A DNA stretch of 64,000 nt from Candidatus Marinacidobacterales bacterium (GCA_965237955.1 OZ250169.1:4352001-4416000), one strand, 5' to 3'. Shown: positions 31,511-44,845, counted from the first letter of the stretch. Notes: generated by a model not told the origin, from the sequence alone. Program-made: numbers and translations.

Positions 31511-31692
31511 CGAGCATCGTCGTCCGCGAAGGCGACGTGTACGCGGAGATCGAAGATATCCGCAAAAACGTCGATCCGCAGCTCGTGGTCATGGGCACGC
31601 GGGGGCTCACCGGGCTGGACCATCTCCTGGTCGGGAGCGTGGCAGAAAAAATGGTGCGCATATCCGAGATTCCGGTGCTGACGGTGCATTAG
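31511..31692 (+). pseudogene. USP C-terminal fragment
   Basis: [46 protein letters not shown]. Confidence 0.78.
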
Positions 31693-31704
31693 AATCAAGC
31701 GGCC

Positions 31705-32550
31705 ATGTTGCCGAAAGTACGCTACGTCCTCATCGTGGAGGGCGCCTGTAACTTCGCCGTTCTCGTCGCCAAGGCCACTGTCGGGTTCACCACCGGCTCG
31801 TTTGCGGTCCTCGGCGATGCCCTTCACTCCCTGGCGGACCTCGCCAACAACGTCGTCGCCTTGATCGTCGTGAAGATCGCGAGCGAGCCGCCCGACCGCG
31901 AGCACCCCTACGGACACCAGAAGTTCGAGACGCTGGCCGTCTTCGGTTTGGCTGTGCTCCTCGCGGTGTTGGCGTTCGAGATCGTCGTGCGCGCCATCGA
32001 GAGCCATGACCGCGAGGTGCTCGAGAACGACTGGGCTCTGGCGGTCATGCTCGGCGTTTTGTGCGTGAACGCCGGACTCTCGTATTGGGAACGTCGCTGG
32101 GCGAAAAAACTGGGCTCCCAGATTCTCGCCGCGGACGCACAGCACACTTTTGCCGACGTCCTCACCACGATTGCGGTCATCGTGGGTTGGCAGTTGTCCG
32201 CCCGGGGTTATGCCTGGCTCGACACCGTGTTCGCGCTCCTAGTCGCGTGCCTGGTCATGTATCTCGCCTACGGGCTTTTTCGTCGCGCGATTCCCGGACT
32301 CGTCGACAGCATCTCGCACGAACCGGAAGAGATTGCCGCCGCGGTCGAACCAGTTGACGGCGTTCGGAAGGTCCACCGCGTGCGCTCGCGTTGGGTGGGA
32401 TCGAAACCGGCGGTCGACGTCGTCATCACCGTCGCCCCCGACATGCCGACGAGCGAAGCTCACGACGTCGCCGACGCCGTCGAAGAGGCGCTGCTAACGA
32501 CGCTATCGATCGAAGACGTCACCGTCCACATAGAACCCGACGACGACTAA
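31705..32550 (+). CDS. Cation diffusion facilitator (FieF-like) transporter
   Basis: [42 protein letters not shown]. Confidence 0.93.
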   Translation: MLPKVRYVLIVEGACNFAVLVAKATVGFTTGSFAVLGDALHSLADLANNVVALIVVKIASEPPDREHPYGHQKFETLAVFGLAVLLAVLAFEIVVRAIESHDREVLENDWALAVMLGVLCVNAGLSYWERRWAKKLGSQILAADAQHTFADVLTTIAVIVGWQLSARGYAWLDTVFALLVACLVMYLAYGLFRRAIPGLVDSISHEPEEIAAAVEPVDGVRKVHRVRSRWVGSKPAVDVVITVAPDMPTSEAHDVADAVEEALLTTLSIEDVTVHIEPDDD

Positions 32551-32568
32551 GCAAATCTTGAAAAGATC

Positions 32569-32647
32569 AACGCAAAGGCGCAAAGACGCGAAGGCGCAAA
32601 GTGTTGGTCAGGCTCTTGGCGTCTTTGCGCCCTTGCGTCTTTGCGTT
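32569..32647. repeat. Hairpin built of 8-bp CGCAAAGR units between convergent genes
   Basis: CGCAAAGG CGCAAAGA CGCGAAGG CGCAAAG, then complementary CTTTGCG units. Confidence 0.75.
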
Positions 32648-32655
32648 ATTTTTTC

Positions 32656-33324
32656 CTAGCGCCGTGGTATTCGTGGCGTAGTCAGCGGCTGCCGAAACCC
32701 AAAAAAGATAAGCGCAAACGATTCCACCGCTCGCCCGTCATACCGAGCAGCTCGAAATCGGAACGCGCCCGCGGCATCGAGAGCCGCTTCGTCATAGCCC
32801 TCCTCTCGACTCAGCATCTTCGCCTCGACCACCGCGCCGGCTGCGTCGATCGCAACTTCCACGACCGCGACCCCTTCGTAGAGCGCATTTGGTGGATACT
32901 CGGGCATCGAGGTCGCGGTGGGGTAGGGAACGCCATCCGACGGTGGTCGCACTGACCTCGGTTCGGGCAATCTCGCTCCCATCAAGACCGGTGGACGAAA
33001 AACACCGATGACCAGAGCCTTCGAGGGGATGGCGGCACCGTCGATCTCGGCCGGGCGATACCTCCACAAAACCGCTGCCTTCTGGATGACTTCGGTGAAC
33101 GGAGAGGCCTCATCGAGCACGATCGCATCGGTCGCGATCCCAGACGGCGCGATGTCGAGCTCGAGGATCGTGAGCCCGCCGGTCGAGGCCAGGGGCGGCT
33201 GCTCCGGTGTCTTGCCGCTCAGAAAACGTGGAGCGTCGTACCCGAAAGAGTCGTCGCGCGCGCTATGTTGCGCGGCCGCGACAGCCGCCACCGATATCAA
33301 CAATACGACCGTAAGAGCTCTCAT
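32656..33324 (-). CDS. Secreted protein with two TonB C-terminal domains
   Basis: Signal peptide, WRYRPAEIDG, PEYPPNA..GVAVVEVAID..FRFRAARYDGRAV. Confidence 0.75.
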   Translation of the reverse strand: MRALTVVLLISVAAVAAAQHSARDDSFGYDAPRFLSGKTPEQPPLASTGGLTILELDIAPSGIATDAIVLDEASPFTEVIQKAAVLWRYRPAEIDGAAIPSKALVIGVFRPPVLMGARLPEPRSVRPPSDGVPYPTATSMPEYPPNALYEGVAVVEVAIDAAGAVVEAKMLSREEGYDEAALDAAGAFRFRAARYDGRAVESFALIFFGFRQPLTTPRIPRR

Positions 33325-33359
33325 ATCGATCCCTCACTCCATTTTGCTACAATTCCGGC

Positions 33360-33689
33360 GTGAAGTACGACTCTTTCGAGGAGATTCGTGGACTCGATTT
33401 CTCGCCGAGGGCCGATGTCTATCGCACGCCCAGCGGATGGGTCGTGAAGTTCGACCTGGCCGGGGTCAACCCTCGAGACATCGAGATCGAAGCCGAAGGC
33501 TCCGTCATCCGCGTAGCCGGCGTCAGGCGCGATCAATTCATCGAGCGTGGCTATCGCCATCATTCCATGGAGATTTCGTACTCGCGTTTCGAGCGCACGC
33601 TCCATTTGCCCTGTGTATGCGAAGGAGCGTCGATCACCACCGAGTACATGGACGGTCTACTGATCGTGACGATCGAGGCGGGGGAGTAG
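33360..33689 (+). CDS. Hsp20/alpha-crystallin small heat-shock protein
   Basis: PRADVY, DLAGV, MEISYSRFER, YMDGLLIV. Confidence 0.88.
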   Translation: MKYDSFEEIRGLDFSPRADVYRTPSGWVVKFDLAGVNPRDIEIEAEGSVIRVAGVRRDQFIERGYRHHSMEISYSRFERTLHLPCVCEGASITTEYMDGLLIVTIEAGE

Positions 33690-33696
33690 GTTTATC

Positions 33697-36111
<2,415 letters not shown>

Positions 36112-36305
36112 GGGTGTCACCAAATAACTAGCGCCCTCACTCATAGCGCAACGCGACCATCGGGTCCACACGAGCCGCCCGCCATGCGAATGGCGATCTC
36201 GTGCGTGCGCTGGCCAACCGTATACGCCAGCAAACTGGTTCCATTCATGGCGTTTTAGACGATCCGGGGGCACGGAACGTTGCGTCGTGATAGCGTTTTC
36301 CGCTC

Positions 36306-38222
36306 ATGCGGGAGAACCTGAACCCCACCCAACGCGAGGCGGCCGAGATTCTGGAAGGGCCTGTCCTGGTCATCGCCGGCGCGGGGACGGGGAAGACCCA
36401 CACGCTCGTCCATCGCCTGGTGAAGCTCGTCGAATCTGGCGTAGCGTCGGAGGCGATCCTCCTTCTCACCTTCACGCGCCGCGCCGCCGAGCAGATGATT
36501 GCCCGAGCTTCCGAGATCGTCGGGGGCGAGCATGAGCCGGCCGCCGGTGGCACCTTTCATTCCTTCGCAAATCTTGTTCTCAGACGTTACGGCCGCGATA
36601 TCGACGTCCCTCCCGATTTCACCATCCTGGATCAGGGAGATACCTTCGAGGTGTTGAGCGGCATACGGACCGATCTGAAGGCGACCGATGCCTCAGTGCA
36701 GCTGCCGCGCCGCGAGACGATTGCGTCCATCATTAGTAAGGCGACGAACAAGCAGGCCCCGATCGAGGACATCGTTTCGGAGGAGTACCCTCAGTTTTTC
36801 GGGGTCACCGAATATCTCGATGTGGCCGCCTCTCGCTACGAAAAATACAAGAAGGAGCGGAACCTCGTCGATTTCGACAACCTGCTGGTGCTTCTCATCC
36901 GTCTTCTCGAAGAGAGCGACGAGGCGCGCGCGAAGGTCCATCACCGCTACCGCTACCTGATGGTCGACGAGTATCAGGACACGAACGTGCTCCAAGCGCG
37001 CATTACCCATCTGCTCGCGGGAGAATCGCAGAACGTGATGGTTGTCGGCGACGATGCCCAAAGCATCTACGCGTTCCGGGGTGCGAACCACCGCAACCTC
37101 TTCGATTTCAAAGACAGCTTCCCCGATGCGAAGGTCGTGACCCTCGAAGAGAACTACCGCAGCACGCAGCCCATTCTCGACGTAGCGAACGCGCTCATGG
37201 TCCAAATGTCCGAGGCGTTTCGAAAACGCCTGTTCACCGAACGACAGGGCGGAGCGCGTCCGCTTCTCGTCGAGGCGTTCGACGAGCGCGAGCAAGCGGC
37301 ATTCGTGGCTACTGAAGTAGAGCGATTGAGAGACGAGGGCGTGCGTCTTGCCGAGATCGCCGTCTTGTTCCGTGCGAGCCGGCACGCGTTCGCGCTCGAG
37401 GTCGAGCTCGCCAATCACGGCATTCCTTTTGTGAAATACGGCGGCTTCCGCTTCATGGAATCGGGACATATCAAGGACGTCCTTGCCCACTTGAGACTCG
37501 TCGAGAAACCAGAGGACGATTTGTCACTCTCACGTGTTCTTCTGATGAGAGGCGGGATTGGCAAGAAGGGCGCCCGCCAAATTCAGGAGTCGCTTCTAGG
37601 CACTCCTCCCGTTCAGGGCTTGAGAAACTACAAGGCAAGAGGGAAAGTCCGTGCGAGTCTGGATGAGCTCGCGGAGTTCCTCGCGACGATTCAAGAGCTG
37701 AAGTCCGAGCCCGCGAGATGTCTCGAGGCGGCCGTCGAAGCCTACGATCCGCTTCTAGTAGACCGCTATGACGATTGGCCACGACGCAAACGAGACCTCG
37801 AAACCTTGGTCGGTCTCGTCGAGCGCTACCGAAGCCTGAGCTCGATGCTGTCCGACCTGACCCTCGATCCCCCGAACATGTCCCGCGAGGACGGCCTCGC
37901 GACATCCGCATCGAGCGGTGAGCTCGTTCTCTCGACGATGCACTCCGCGAAAGGACTGGAGTGGAAAGCAGTCTTCGTGATCCAGGCGCGGGATGGGTAC
38001 ATCCCGATGGTCGTGAACTTCGAGGACGACGAAGACGAGGAAGCACTCGACGAAGAGCTGAGGCTTCTCTACGTCGCCGTGACCCGCGCCAAAGATTCTC
38101 TCTACGTGGTATGGCCCCGAGAAACCGCAAGATCCCGCTACGCCTGGCCCATGCCCTCCCGCTTCATCGACCGAGCCCCCCAAGAGTACTTCGACCACCA
38201 AACTGCCGAAGATCTAGCATGA
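36306..38222 (+). CDS. UvrD/Rep/PcrA-family helicase
   Basis: AGAGTGKT, VDEYQDTN, VGDDAQSIY, LEENYRS, STMHSAKGLEW, LYVAVTRA. Confidence 0.95.
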   Translation: MRENLNPTQREAAEILEGPVLVIAGAGTGKTHTLVHRLVKLVESGVASEAILLLTFTRRAAEQMIARASEIVGGEHEPAAGGTFHSFANLVLRRYGRDIDVPPDFTILDQGDTFEVLSGIRTDLKATDASVQLPRRETIASIISKATNKQAPIEDIVSEEYPQFFGVTEYLDVAASRYEKYKKERNLVDFDNLLVLLIRLLEESDEARAKVHHRYRYLMVDEYQDTNVLQARITHLLAGESQNVMVVGDDAQSIYAFRGANHRNLFDFKDSFPDAKVVTLEENYRSTQPILDVANALMVQMSEAFRKRLFTERQGGARPLLVEAFDEREQAAFVATEVERLRDEGVRLAEIAVLFRASRHAFALEVELANHGIPFVKYGGFRFMESGHIKDVLAHLRLVEKPEDDLSLSRVLLMRGGIGKKGARQIQESLLGTPPVQGLRNYKARGKVRASLDELAEFLATIQELKSEPARCLEAAVEAYDPLLVDRYDDWPRRKRDLETLVGLVERYRSLSSMLSDLTLDPPNMSREDGLATSASSGELVLSTMHSAKGLEWKAVFVIQARDGYIPMVVNFEDDEDEEALDEELRLLYVAVTRAKDSLYVVWPRETARSRYAWPMPSRFIDRAPQEYFDHQTAEDLA

Positions 38223-38303
38223 ACCTCTCCCCCCGACCCGATAGGGGGGTGTGACCAGACAGCTTGACGCAGCAAACGCGTCTCCGTCCCCTTAACGACG
38301 GCA

Positions 38304-39095
38304 TCAACCCCCCTGACGAGCAACCCGAAACATCTTCAAATTCCACCCCAATTCAAGATCGCACCGAAGACGAGCCAGCTGCTGAGACGTACGCGCCTGC
38401 TTCATTCCATCGCGCAGCCGTTCCCCGAGCTTTCCACTCACTGTCTCGGAAGCCGCGAGGACCCCCTCGAGACTCCCATGCTCCTCCAGTAACTTCGCCG
38501 CCGTCTTCGCACCGACTCCCGGCACACCGGGAATGTGCGTCGACGCATTGCCAGCGAGCGCCCAAAAATCCACGAGCAGCTCCGGTCCAACCCCGAACTT
38601 CTGGGTGACATGGCCGCGATCGAGATCCTGTTTCAGAAAGTGATCCCGGATGGTGATGCGCTCGGAGATCAGCTGACAATACACCTTGTCCGTGGCAAGG
38701 ATCACAGCCTGGCCGTTGTGCTCGGCGACCTTCGTCGCAAGCGTCGCCGCGATATCGTCCGCCTCGAGTTCGGGCTTGCTCACCGAAGAGACGCCGAGCT
38801 CTTCGAAAGCGACTCGATACTGATCGAGGCCGTCTCGCAGCGGCTCCGGCATCGGCTTCCGCCCGGCCTTGTAGTCCTCGTACAGCTCGTGACGCCACGT
38901 GGGCTCGGTTCCGTCGAACGCAGCAACCGCATGCGTCGGCCCGGCGTCTCGAAGCGCCCGGCGAAGCGATTGCACCGTCGCTTGCAGTGCTCCCTCGAAA
39001 TGCTGAGGTCCTTCATCCTCGGGCGTCGCGGCGTACACGCGGCGAATTAGGTTCAGCGCGTCGACAACGAGAAAGCGAATGCCCACGCCCCCCAT
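38304..39095 (-). CDS. xni: Flap endonuclease Xni/ExoIX-like 5'-3' nuclease
   Basis: VDALNLIRRVYAA, YKAGRKPMP, EADD, ATDK, IPGVPGVGAKTA, LGWNL. Confidence 0.82.
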   Translation of the reverse strand: MGGVGIRFLVVDALNLIRRVYAATPEDEGPQHFEGALQATVQSLRRALRDAGPTHAVAAFDGTEPTWRHELYEDYKAGRKPMPEPLRDGLDQYRVAFEELGVSSVSKPELEADDIAATLATKVAEHNGQAVILATDKVYCQLISERITIRDHFLKQDLDRGHVTQKFGVGPELLVDFWALAGNASTHIPGVPGVGAKTAAKLLEEHGSLEGVLAASETVSGKLGERLRDGMKQARTSQQLARLRCDLELGWNLKMFRVARQGG

Positions 39096-39126
39096 TCTAG
39101 AGCCTCGGCGCGCGGCGTGCAGACGA

Positions 39127-39398
39127 GTGCTTCGGTTGCCACTTCTACGTCGACGGTGGCTCGAGACCGGCGAGGTAGCGTCTTACTGAGCCAAGGAGTG
39201 GGACGCCGTGCTCTCACGCTCCGTCGAAGAAATCTGTGCCTGGTTGGTGGACGAAGGCGAGCACGCACGGGCGATGCGCCAAGTAACGCCGTTCGCGGGC
39301 GCGATCGATCCGCGTACCCGGTGGCGTATTTCGCGAGAGATTCGCGCAGCACTGGAGAAAGCCGGGTGAAGCGAGTCGACCTCGAGCACGCCTTCTAG
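39127..39398 (+). pseudogene. Remnant of a putative antitoxin / nucleotidyltransferase-like toxin pair
   Basis: RRWLETGEVASY*AKEWDAVL..RAMRQVTPFAGAIDPRTRWRI.., then a GTGA-coupled stub MKRVDLEHAF*. Confidence 0.45.
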
Positions 39399-39440
39399 TT
39401 CGCCTGGCGGAAAAGCAATGTCTATCTTGACTCAAGCCCG

Positions 39441-40844
39441 TCAGTGTGGCGCGCCCGCCTGGGAAACGATCTCGTAGGTGCGGCGCTGCGGCGGTGGATA
39501 AACGTAGGAAGAAACCAGACTCTCTTGACCGTCCCGGTCCACCGCCATGACACCGAACGTCCAGTCGTCGATGGAAACGTCGGGTAACACGAGCTCGGTA
39601 TTGTTCCCCACCGACCAGGACCTCTCCCAAAAAGGCGACGTGGTCTTCCGCATGACCACGATGTAGCCCGCGATGTCGGGCTCCGGGTTCGGTTCCCAGC
39701 GTACGTGAGCATCGTAACGGCTCTCGCCGCGGCCGAGCAGGGGCCGACCGTCGTCGCTGGTGACGCGCGGCGGCGAAGGGGCGTTGGCAAGAGAGGCCAG
39801 AGCCACCGCATTGACTCGCGCCACGGTGGCGATGTAGTCGAAGTCGACGTACTCGAGCTTGTCCTCGACCGTGTGCTGGCGGGCGTAGAACTCGTGGCTC
39901 TCGGTGATCCGTACACCGTAGTAGCCCTCCTGCACGAAGGGCGTGTGATCGCCGCCTCGGCCGAAACGGTCGTAGCGGAAGATCGTGTCGACTTCGATGG
40001 ACGGAAGGTACGCGACCGCGCGCCGCCGGATGTAGCGAGCCAGGCTGCGGGAACCCGAATCGGCAGGTCCCGCCGAGAAGATCCTCACTCGCGCGTTGTC
40101 CACCTGCCCGTCGCCGCCTTCCGGGGAGCCCACGATATCGTTGGTGATCATCGCCTCGATGGAAGCTCCCTCACCCGCCATTCGCTGCGCCATCAACGTC
40201 GAGCCCACCAGACCTAGCTCCTCGCCGGCGAACGCCACGAACATGACGGTCGCCTCGGTTGGATAATCGGCCATCACGCGAGCGAGCTCCATCACGACCG
40301 CGGTTCCCGAGCCATCGTCGTCCGCTCCCGGCGCCGGCGAATCTCCTCGCGGCCACTCGCTTCCCTCGAGAGCACGAGCGGAGCTGTCGTAGTGTCCCCC
40401 GACGATGAGTATCCTCTCCCGGCCACCGGGATGGCTGCCGGGAAGAACCGCCACGACGTTTCGCAGACCGACGTCCCGGAACACGCCGCGTCCGTCCCCC
40501 TTGACCTGGTAGCGGTCAAAATCCACTTGCAGTCTGCCGCTGTAGCTCCGGAACGTCTCGAGAATGTAGTTGCGGGCCGCACCGATGCCGCGGTTCGGGT
40601 CCTCGGTCGAGGACATCGTGTGGCGCGTCTCGAACGAGACCAGGCGGGTGAGAGTCGAGCGGAGCGAGTCCGGAGAAACCGCGTCGACGATCCTCTGGAC
40701 CTCTGCCTGTACCGCGGGCGGACCCGCCGATTGCATCGTAGCCGTCACCGGCCTGGGGGATGAGCCGAAGCTGCCGGCGACCCCGACCAACAGAACAACG
40801 ACGGGAAGCAAGAAGCGGATGACGCTTGCTCTCCTAAGAACCAT
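39441..40844 (-). CDS. M28-family metallopeptidase with C-terminal FN3-like domain
   Basis: GGHYDS, PGADDDGSG, AGEELGLVGS, GGDHTPF. Confidence 0.9.
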   Translation of the reverse strand: MVLRRASVIRFLLPVVVLLVGVAGSFGSSPRPVTATMQSAGPPAVQAEVQRIVDAVSPDSLRSTLTRLVSFETRHTMSSTEDPNRGIGAARNYILETFRSYSGRLQVDFDRYQVKGDGRGVFRDVGLRNVVAVLPGSHPGGRERILIVGGHYDSSARALEGSEWPRGDSPAPGADDDGSGTAVVMELARVMADYPTEATVMFVAFAGEELGLVGSTLMAQRMAGEGASIEAMITNDIVGSPEGGDGQVDNARVRIFSAGPADSGSRSLARYIRRRAVAYLPSIEVDTIFRYDRFGRGGDHTPFVQEGYYGVRITESHEFYARQHTVEDKLEYVDFDYIATVARVNAVALASLANAPSPPRVTSDDGRPLLGRGESRYDAHVRWEPNPEPDIAGYIVVMRKTTSPFWERSWSVGNNTELVLPDVSIDDWTFGVMAVDRDGQESLVSSYVYPPPQRRTYEIVSQAGAPH

Positions 40845-41099
40845 GTTCTCCTCCTTTCTTCCGTTTCATCGTAGATGCGCCCTGTCTCTCATCATTATTA
40901 ATCCGGACGGGTCCTATCTCGAGTCCGGCTCCTGGCGCCGCATCGCGGCCTCCGTCGCCACCGCGCTCAGCCAACTCAATGCGACGTTTGCTCGTCGTTT
41001 CGAGAACGAACGAGATTCGCTCTCGACACGGCTCCCGCGCTCGCGCCGGCTGATAACTCTGAGCGCTACTGATATCACAAAGTCATGGCACGGACTGGA

Positions 41100-42186
41100 T
41101 GCCTTGGTGCACAACTCCGATAGAGGCCGAGAGCTCGCTTGGCCCCGACTCCCATCATCCGATCATCTCGCTATCAGGCATCCCGAGCGCCGTCATCGTG
41201 TTGAGAATCTTGCACCCGATCCTTGCCTCGACTCTCTGTGCCGCCAACCCTCTCGCTCGCATCGCTGAGCCCACGATAGCCTTGTAGCGATGGAACGTTG
41301 TCTCGACTTTGCTCCGTTTGCTGTAGCCCGATTCTGTGTGCCACTTTCGTTTGCCGAGCCGAGCTTGTGCTGCAATGTTGCGATTGCGCTGTCGGCTGCT
41401 CGCCGGCCCCGATGCGAGCTGGGCGCCCTTGCGCGGCGGTATCAGCACCCTCGGCGAGCAATGAGCGCTGTGATTCTCGATTGCCTCATAGACGCCGCCG
41501 GCGTCGTATGCGGTGTCAGCTCTGGCCGATGAGATGGGACTGTCGATCTGTCCGACAAGCGATGCAACCCGCGATGAATCGCGGGCTCTTTTGCTCGTCA
41601 GCTCGCCGGCGACGACTTCGCCACTCTGCTCGTCGACACACAGATGGAGCTTGCGATAGTCCCTGCTCTTTGGTGCTCTGCGCAGCTGGCCGGCGTGGAC
41701 AGCGAGACCGCTGCTGTCGATCAAGATGTGCAACGGCGTCTTCTGCTTGTCTTGGTAGAAGGGGACCTTACCCAGCTTCGCCTTGCGCCTCGAGATCGTG
41801 GTGTGATCGGGCACATCATTGTCTAGCTTCATCAGAGCGAACAACGATCGCAGCAATCCCTCGCTCTGCCTAGATGACAGATGAAACACCATGCCCAGGG
41901 TGACAGCCGTCTCGATGGCGTGGTTCGAGTACTTGCGTTGACGGCCCGGTTTCCTCCTCCTCGGCCGGGGCGCGTCCCAGTTCACAAGCTTGCCGGCGGT
42001 GAGCGAGATCCAGACGGTCAGGCTCCCACGGTTGCGTAGACCCGCCTCATATTCACGCCAATTCCTCACGCGATAGGCCTTCTTCACATACTTCCGCTGA
42101 GTGCGTTTGAAAATGCTCATGGGGAACCTCGAATCCGTGAGTAAAGGACAATTGTGGACCGAGATCGCGAGTTGTGCACCAAGGCA
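41100..42186 (-). mobile_element. IS5-family (IS903-like) element, copy 1
   Basis: 18-bp IR TGCCTTGGTGCACAACTC. Transposase 41155..42120 (NWREYEAGLRNRGSL, PDHTT, IDSSG, RSKVET). No TSD. Confidence 0.93.
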
Positions 42187-42625
42187 GCACGATGGCACCT
42201 TCGGGGACGGGACCGTTCCGCTCCTCCCACGCGGTCACCGTGTCCAGACGGAGTTGCGCATCGGTATCCTTTTCTGCGTCTTGTGACATGTCGATGACGA
42301 TCCCGGGAGCGATGAGCTGGCGCACGGGAATCTCTGCGGTCGTGCGGCCGCCTTCGGCGAAGTGAATCGGCGCATCGAGATGTGTGCCGCCGTGCTTGGG
42401 CGTACAAAAGGAATACGCCGAGTAAAAGTAGCCGGCCTCGTTGACGCCGTAGGCGAGCTCCTCGAGCTGGAAGCTCGTCGGCGACGTCGGCCAGTAGAGC
42501 GTCTCGTCGTCGTAGGTGTAGGAGAGATCGATGAGCCGTGCGCTGGCGAGATCGAGGCCAGGCGGCGATTCGGGCGCGCCGGCGCACGCGGTGACGGCCA
42601 AGAGTAACCAAACGGAGTTCTTCAT
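42187..42625 (-). pseudogene. Cyclase/kynurenine formamidase family lipoprotein truncated by IS5
   Basis: IDLSY, HGGTHLDAPIHF. Ends at PEGAIVL on the IS boundary. Confidence 0.85.
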
Positions 42626-42699
42626 GACGCACTTTTCTCGCAACTGCGACGCGGAGTCAAGGCTGTCCCTACGCTAGAATCGCGCTGAGGAGGATCCTC

Positions 42700-42894
42700 A
42701 TGCGCAGCTTTCTATGCATCCTGACTGTTGGCTTTCTTACCTTCTCGACCCTCGGCATTGTCCGTGCGCAGCCGTACGAGAACCTGCAAGTGCTCCCCTG
42801 GGACATTTCTCAGGACTCCCACGTCGGCAGAACGAGGGTTGCCTCCACTGTCATGTCGGCGAGGCGTCTCGGGACGCTCCGGAGCCGACTGTAG
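42700..42894 (+). pseudogene. c-type cytochrome remnant
   Basis: Signal peptide plus ENLQVLP..ISQ. GCLHCHVG (CxxCH) lies in an adjacent frame. Confidence 0.55.
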
Positions 42895-42928
42895 AGCTTT
42901 GGCCCCTCTCCCCGATAAGATAGGGGCT

Positions 42929-43173
42929 ATGAAGCTTCCATTAATACTGGCGTTCTCGCTGTTCGCCTCCCGCCGCGGCCTCCCAAGAGCCCATCCGGGT
43001 TTTCATCTCCGTCGACATGGAAGGCATCTCCGCCATCGAAGGCGCGCGGGAGGCGGGTGCGACCGAATTTCTCGTGAACGACTCGCACGGCAGCAGCGGT
43101 GACTTTCGAGGTAGATGACTACGTGCTCGCCTACCAGATGATCCGCGTGCTCTATCGCAACTTGAACGAGTAG
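42929..43173 (+). pseudogene. M55 D-aminopeptidase (DppA-like) remnant with internal deletions
   Basis: VFISVDMEGIS | AIEGAREAGATEFLVNDSHG | VTFEVDDYVLAYQMIRVL. Confidence 0.75.
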
Positions 43174-43184
43174 GTCCTAGAGAC

Positions 43185-43838
43185 ATGCGCCCCTTCACGC
43201 TGGCCGGCTTCCCCATCCAAATCCACTGGTCGTTCTTCCTCGTGGCGGCGCTTCTCGGGCGCAGCCGCGATCTGTACGTCCTGCTCGTCTGGATGGGCGT
43301 CGTGTTCGTGTCGGTGCTGCTTCACGAAATGGGCCACGCTCTCGTCGGACGCCGCTTCGGCATGCACCCCGAGATCTTCCTGTACGCGATGGGTGGGCTG
43401 ACGTCGTGGCGAACCGGGCGGCGTCTCACGCGCGGGCAGAGTATTCTCGTCAGCGTCGCGGGCCCGGGCGCGGGGCTTCTGCTGGGCGCGGTCGTTTGGG
43501 GCATCATGTTGATCGACATGCCCGAGCTCAACCCGCTCGGCCAGTTTGCGCTTGGACGTCTCCTCGTAGTCAATATCTTTTGGAGCCTCGTCAACCTGCT
43601 GCCGATTCTCCCTCTGGACGGCGGGAACGTGATGCGATCGCTCGTCCACATCTCCCGAGGCGGTGTCGACGAGCGGCTTCCCCGTCAAATCTCGATCGCA
43701 TTCGCCGCGGCCGGTGCCGTAACCGCGCTCTTGTACGGCTACCCGCTAGCGGCGCTTTTCGCGGCGTACTTTGCGTTCACGAATTACCAGGCATTGCGCG
43801 GAATGCCCATGCCGGGGTTTCCCGGCGTGAGACGCTAG
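43185..43838 (+). CDS. Site-2 protease (M50)
   Basis: HEMGH, AGP, NLLPILPLDGG. Confidence 0.9.
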   Translation: MRPFTLAGFPIQIHWSFFLVAALLGRSRDLYVLLVWMGVVFVSVLLHEMGHALVGRRFGMHPEIFLYAMGGLTSWRTGRRLTRGQSILVSVAGPGAGLLLGAVVWGIMLIDMPELNPLGQFALGRLLVVNIFWSLVNLLPILPLDGGNVMRSLVHISRGGVDERLPRQISIAFAAAGAVTALLYGYPLAALFAAYFAFTNYQALRGMPMPGFPGVRR

Positions 43839-43906
43839 CTTTCTCCCTTTCCGTTCTCCGCCGCGTATGCGACACTGAATTATTCCCTGATAACCTGGAG
43901 GCAAGC

Positions 43907-44836
43907 GTGGATTCCGAGATCCAGGAAGTGGCGGAGCTTCTCTTTTCCCGCAGGCTCGAGGCATTTCGCCACGCGATCGATGCTGATACCAACGCCGCGG
44001 CCGGGGACGATTCGTCGGCGATGGCGCGGGGCGCACGGGTGGCCGCCTGTGGAGACCTGTTCCGAGGCCATTGTGCGCGGGTGTTACGGGACTACATCGC
44101 CCTTCTTGCGATCTTCGACGCGCTCGCGGTTCCCGACGGGCTCGGCTCGACGTTCGAGGCACACGTAGACGAAGCCGCATCGGAGCTTCTCGCAACGCTC
44201 GGCGCCACCGGCCAAGCGGAGCGGAATCGAGTCTCGAATCAAGCGGCAAGCATCAAAGCCGAAACGGGGGCCGAGCTCCGCGAAGAGATGGAGCGCGCAC
44301 GCAAAGCGAAAGAGCATAACGAACAGGGCGCGAGCGCCCCTATCGATCCTGTCGAGCTCGACGATCGACTCCCCCTCGGCCGTCGCGGTGCCTTCGACCG
44401 TGACCTCGCCCGCGCGGTGGCAGAGGCCGAGCGCGACGGCGAGCCGTTCGCGCTGGTGATGATCGACATCGACCACTTCAAGCAGGTCAACGACGTTCAC
44501 GGGCACCCCGTCGGCGATGAAGTACTCCTCGAACTGGCCAAGCTCGTTGTGAACCGAACGGTCCGCAAAGGAGCCGCCTACCGGTTTGGCGGTGAGGAGT
44601 TCGCGCTCCTTCTACCTGGATATTCGGCAGAAGAAGCCGTGGGCCTCGCCGAGCGGATCCGCAAAGATCTCGAAGTAGCCACCCTCAGCAGCAAGAAGCT
44701 GCGGGTGACGGCGAGCTTCGGCGCCGCCAGCGTTCCCGCGCACGCCACAAAGGCCCAGGCGCTCCTCGAACAAGCCGACGCCGCACTCTACGAAGCCAAG
44801 CGAAGCGGCAGGAACCGCGTCGTGACCCCCGGTTAG
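43907..44836 (+). CDS. Diguanylate cyclase (GGDEF) with helical N-terminus
   Basis: DIDHFKQVNDVHGH, RFGGEEF, ADAALYEAKRSGRN. GGAGG RBS before GTG 43907. Confidence 0.88.
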   Translation: MDSEIQEVAELLFSRRLEAFRHAIDADTNAAAGDDSSAMARGARVAACGDLFRGHCARVLRDYIALLAIFDALAVPDGLGSTFEAHVDEAASELLATLGATGQAERNRVSNQAASIKAETGAELREEMERARKAKEHNEQGASAPIDPVELDDRLPLGRRGAFDRDLARAVAEAERDGEPFALVMIDIDHFKQVNDVHGHPVGDEVLLELAKLVVNRTVRKGAAYRFGGEEFALLLPGYSAEEAVGLAERIRKDLEVATLSSKKLRVTASFGAASVPAHATKAQALLEQADAALYEAKRSGRNRVVTPG

Positions 44837-44845
44837 CGGACGCGA

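Noticed and set aside
43406-43906. N-terminal extension of the 476-aa GGDEF ORF
   Set aside because: It overlaps the M50 protease gene. The RBS supports a start at 43907.
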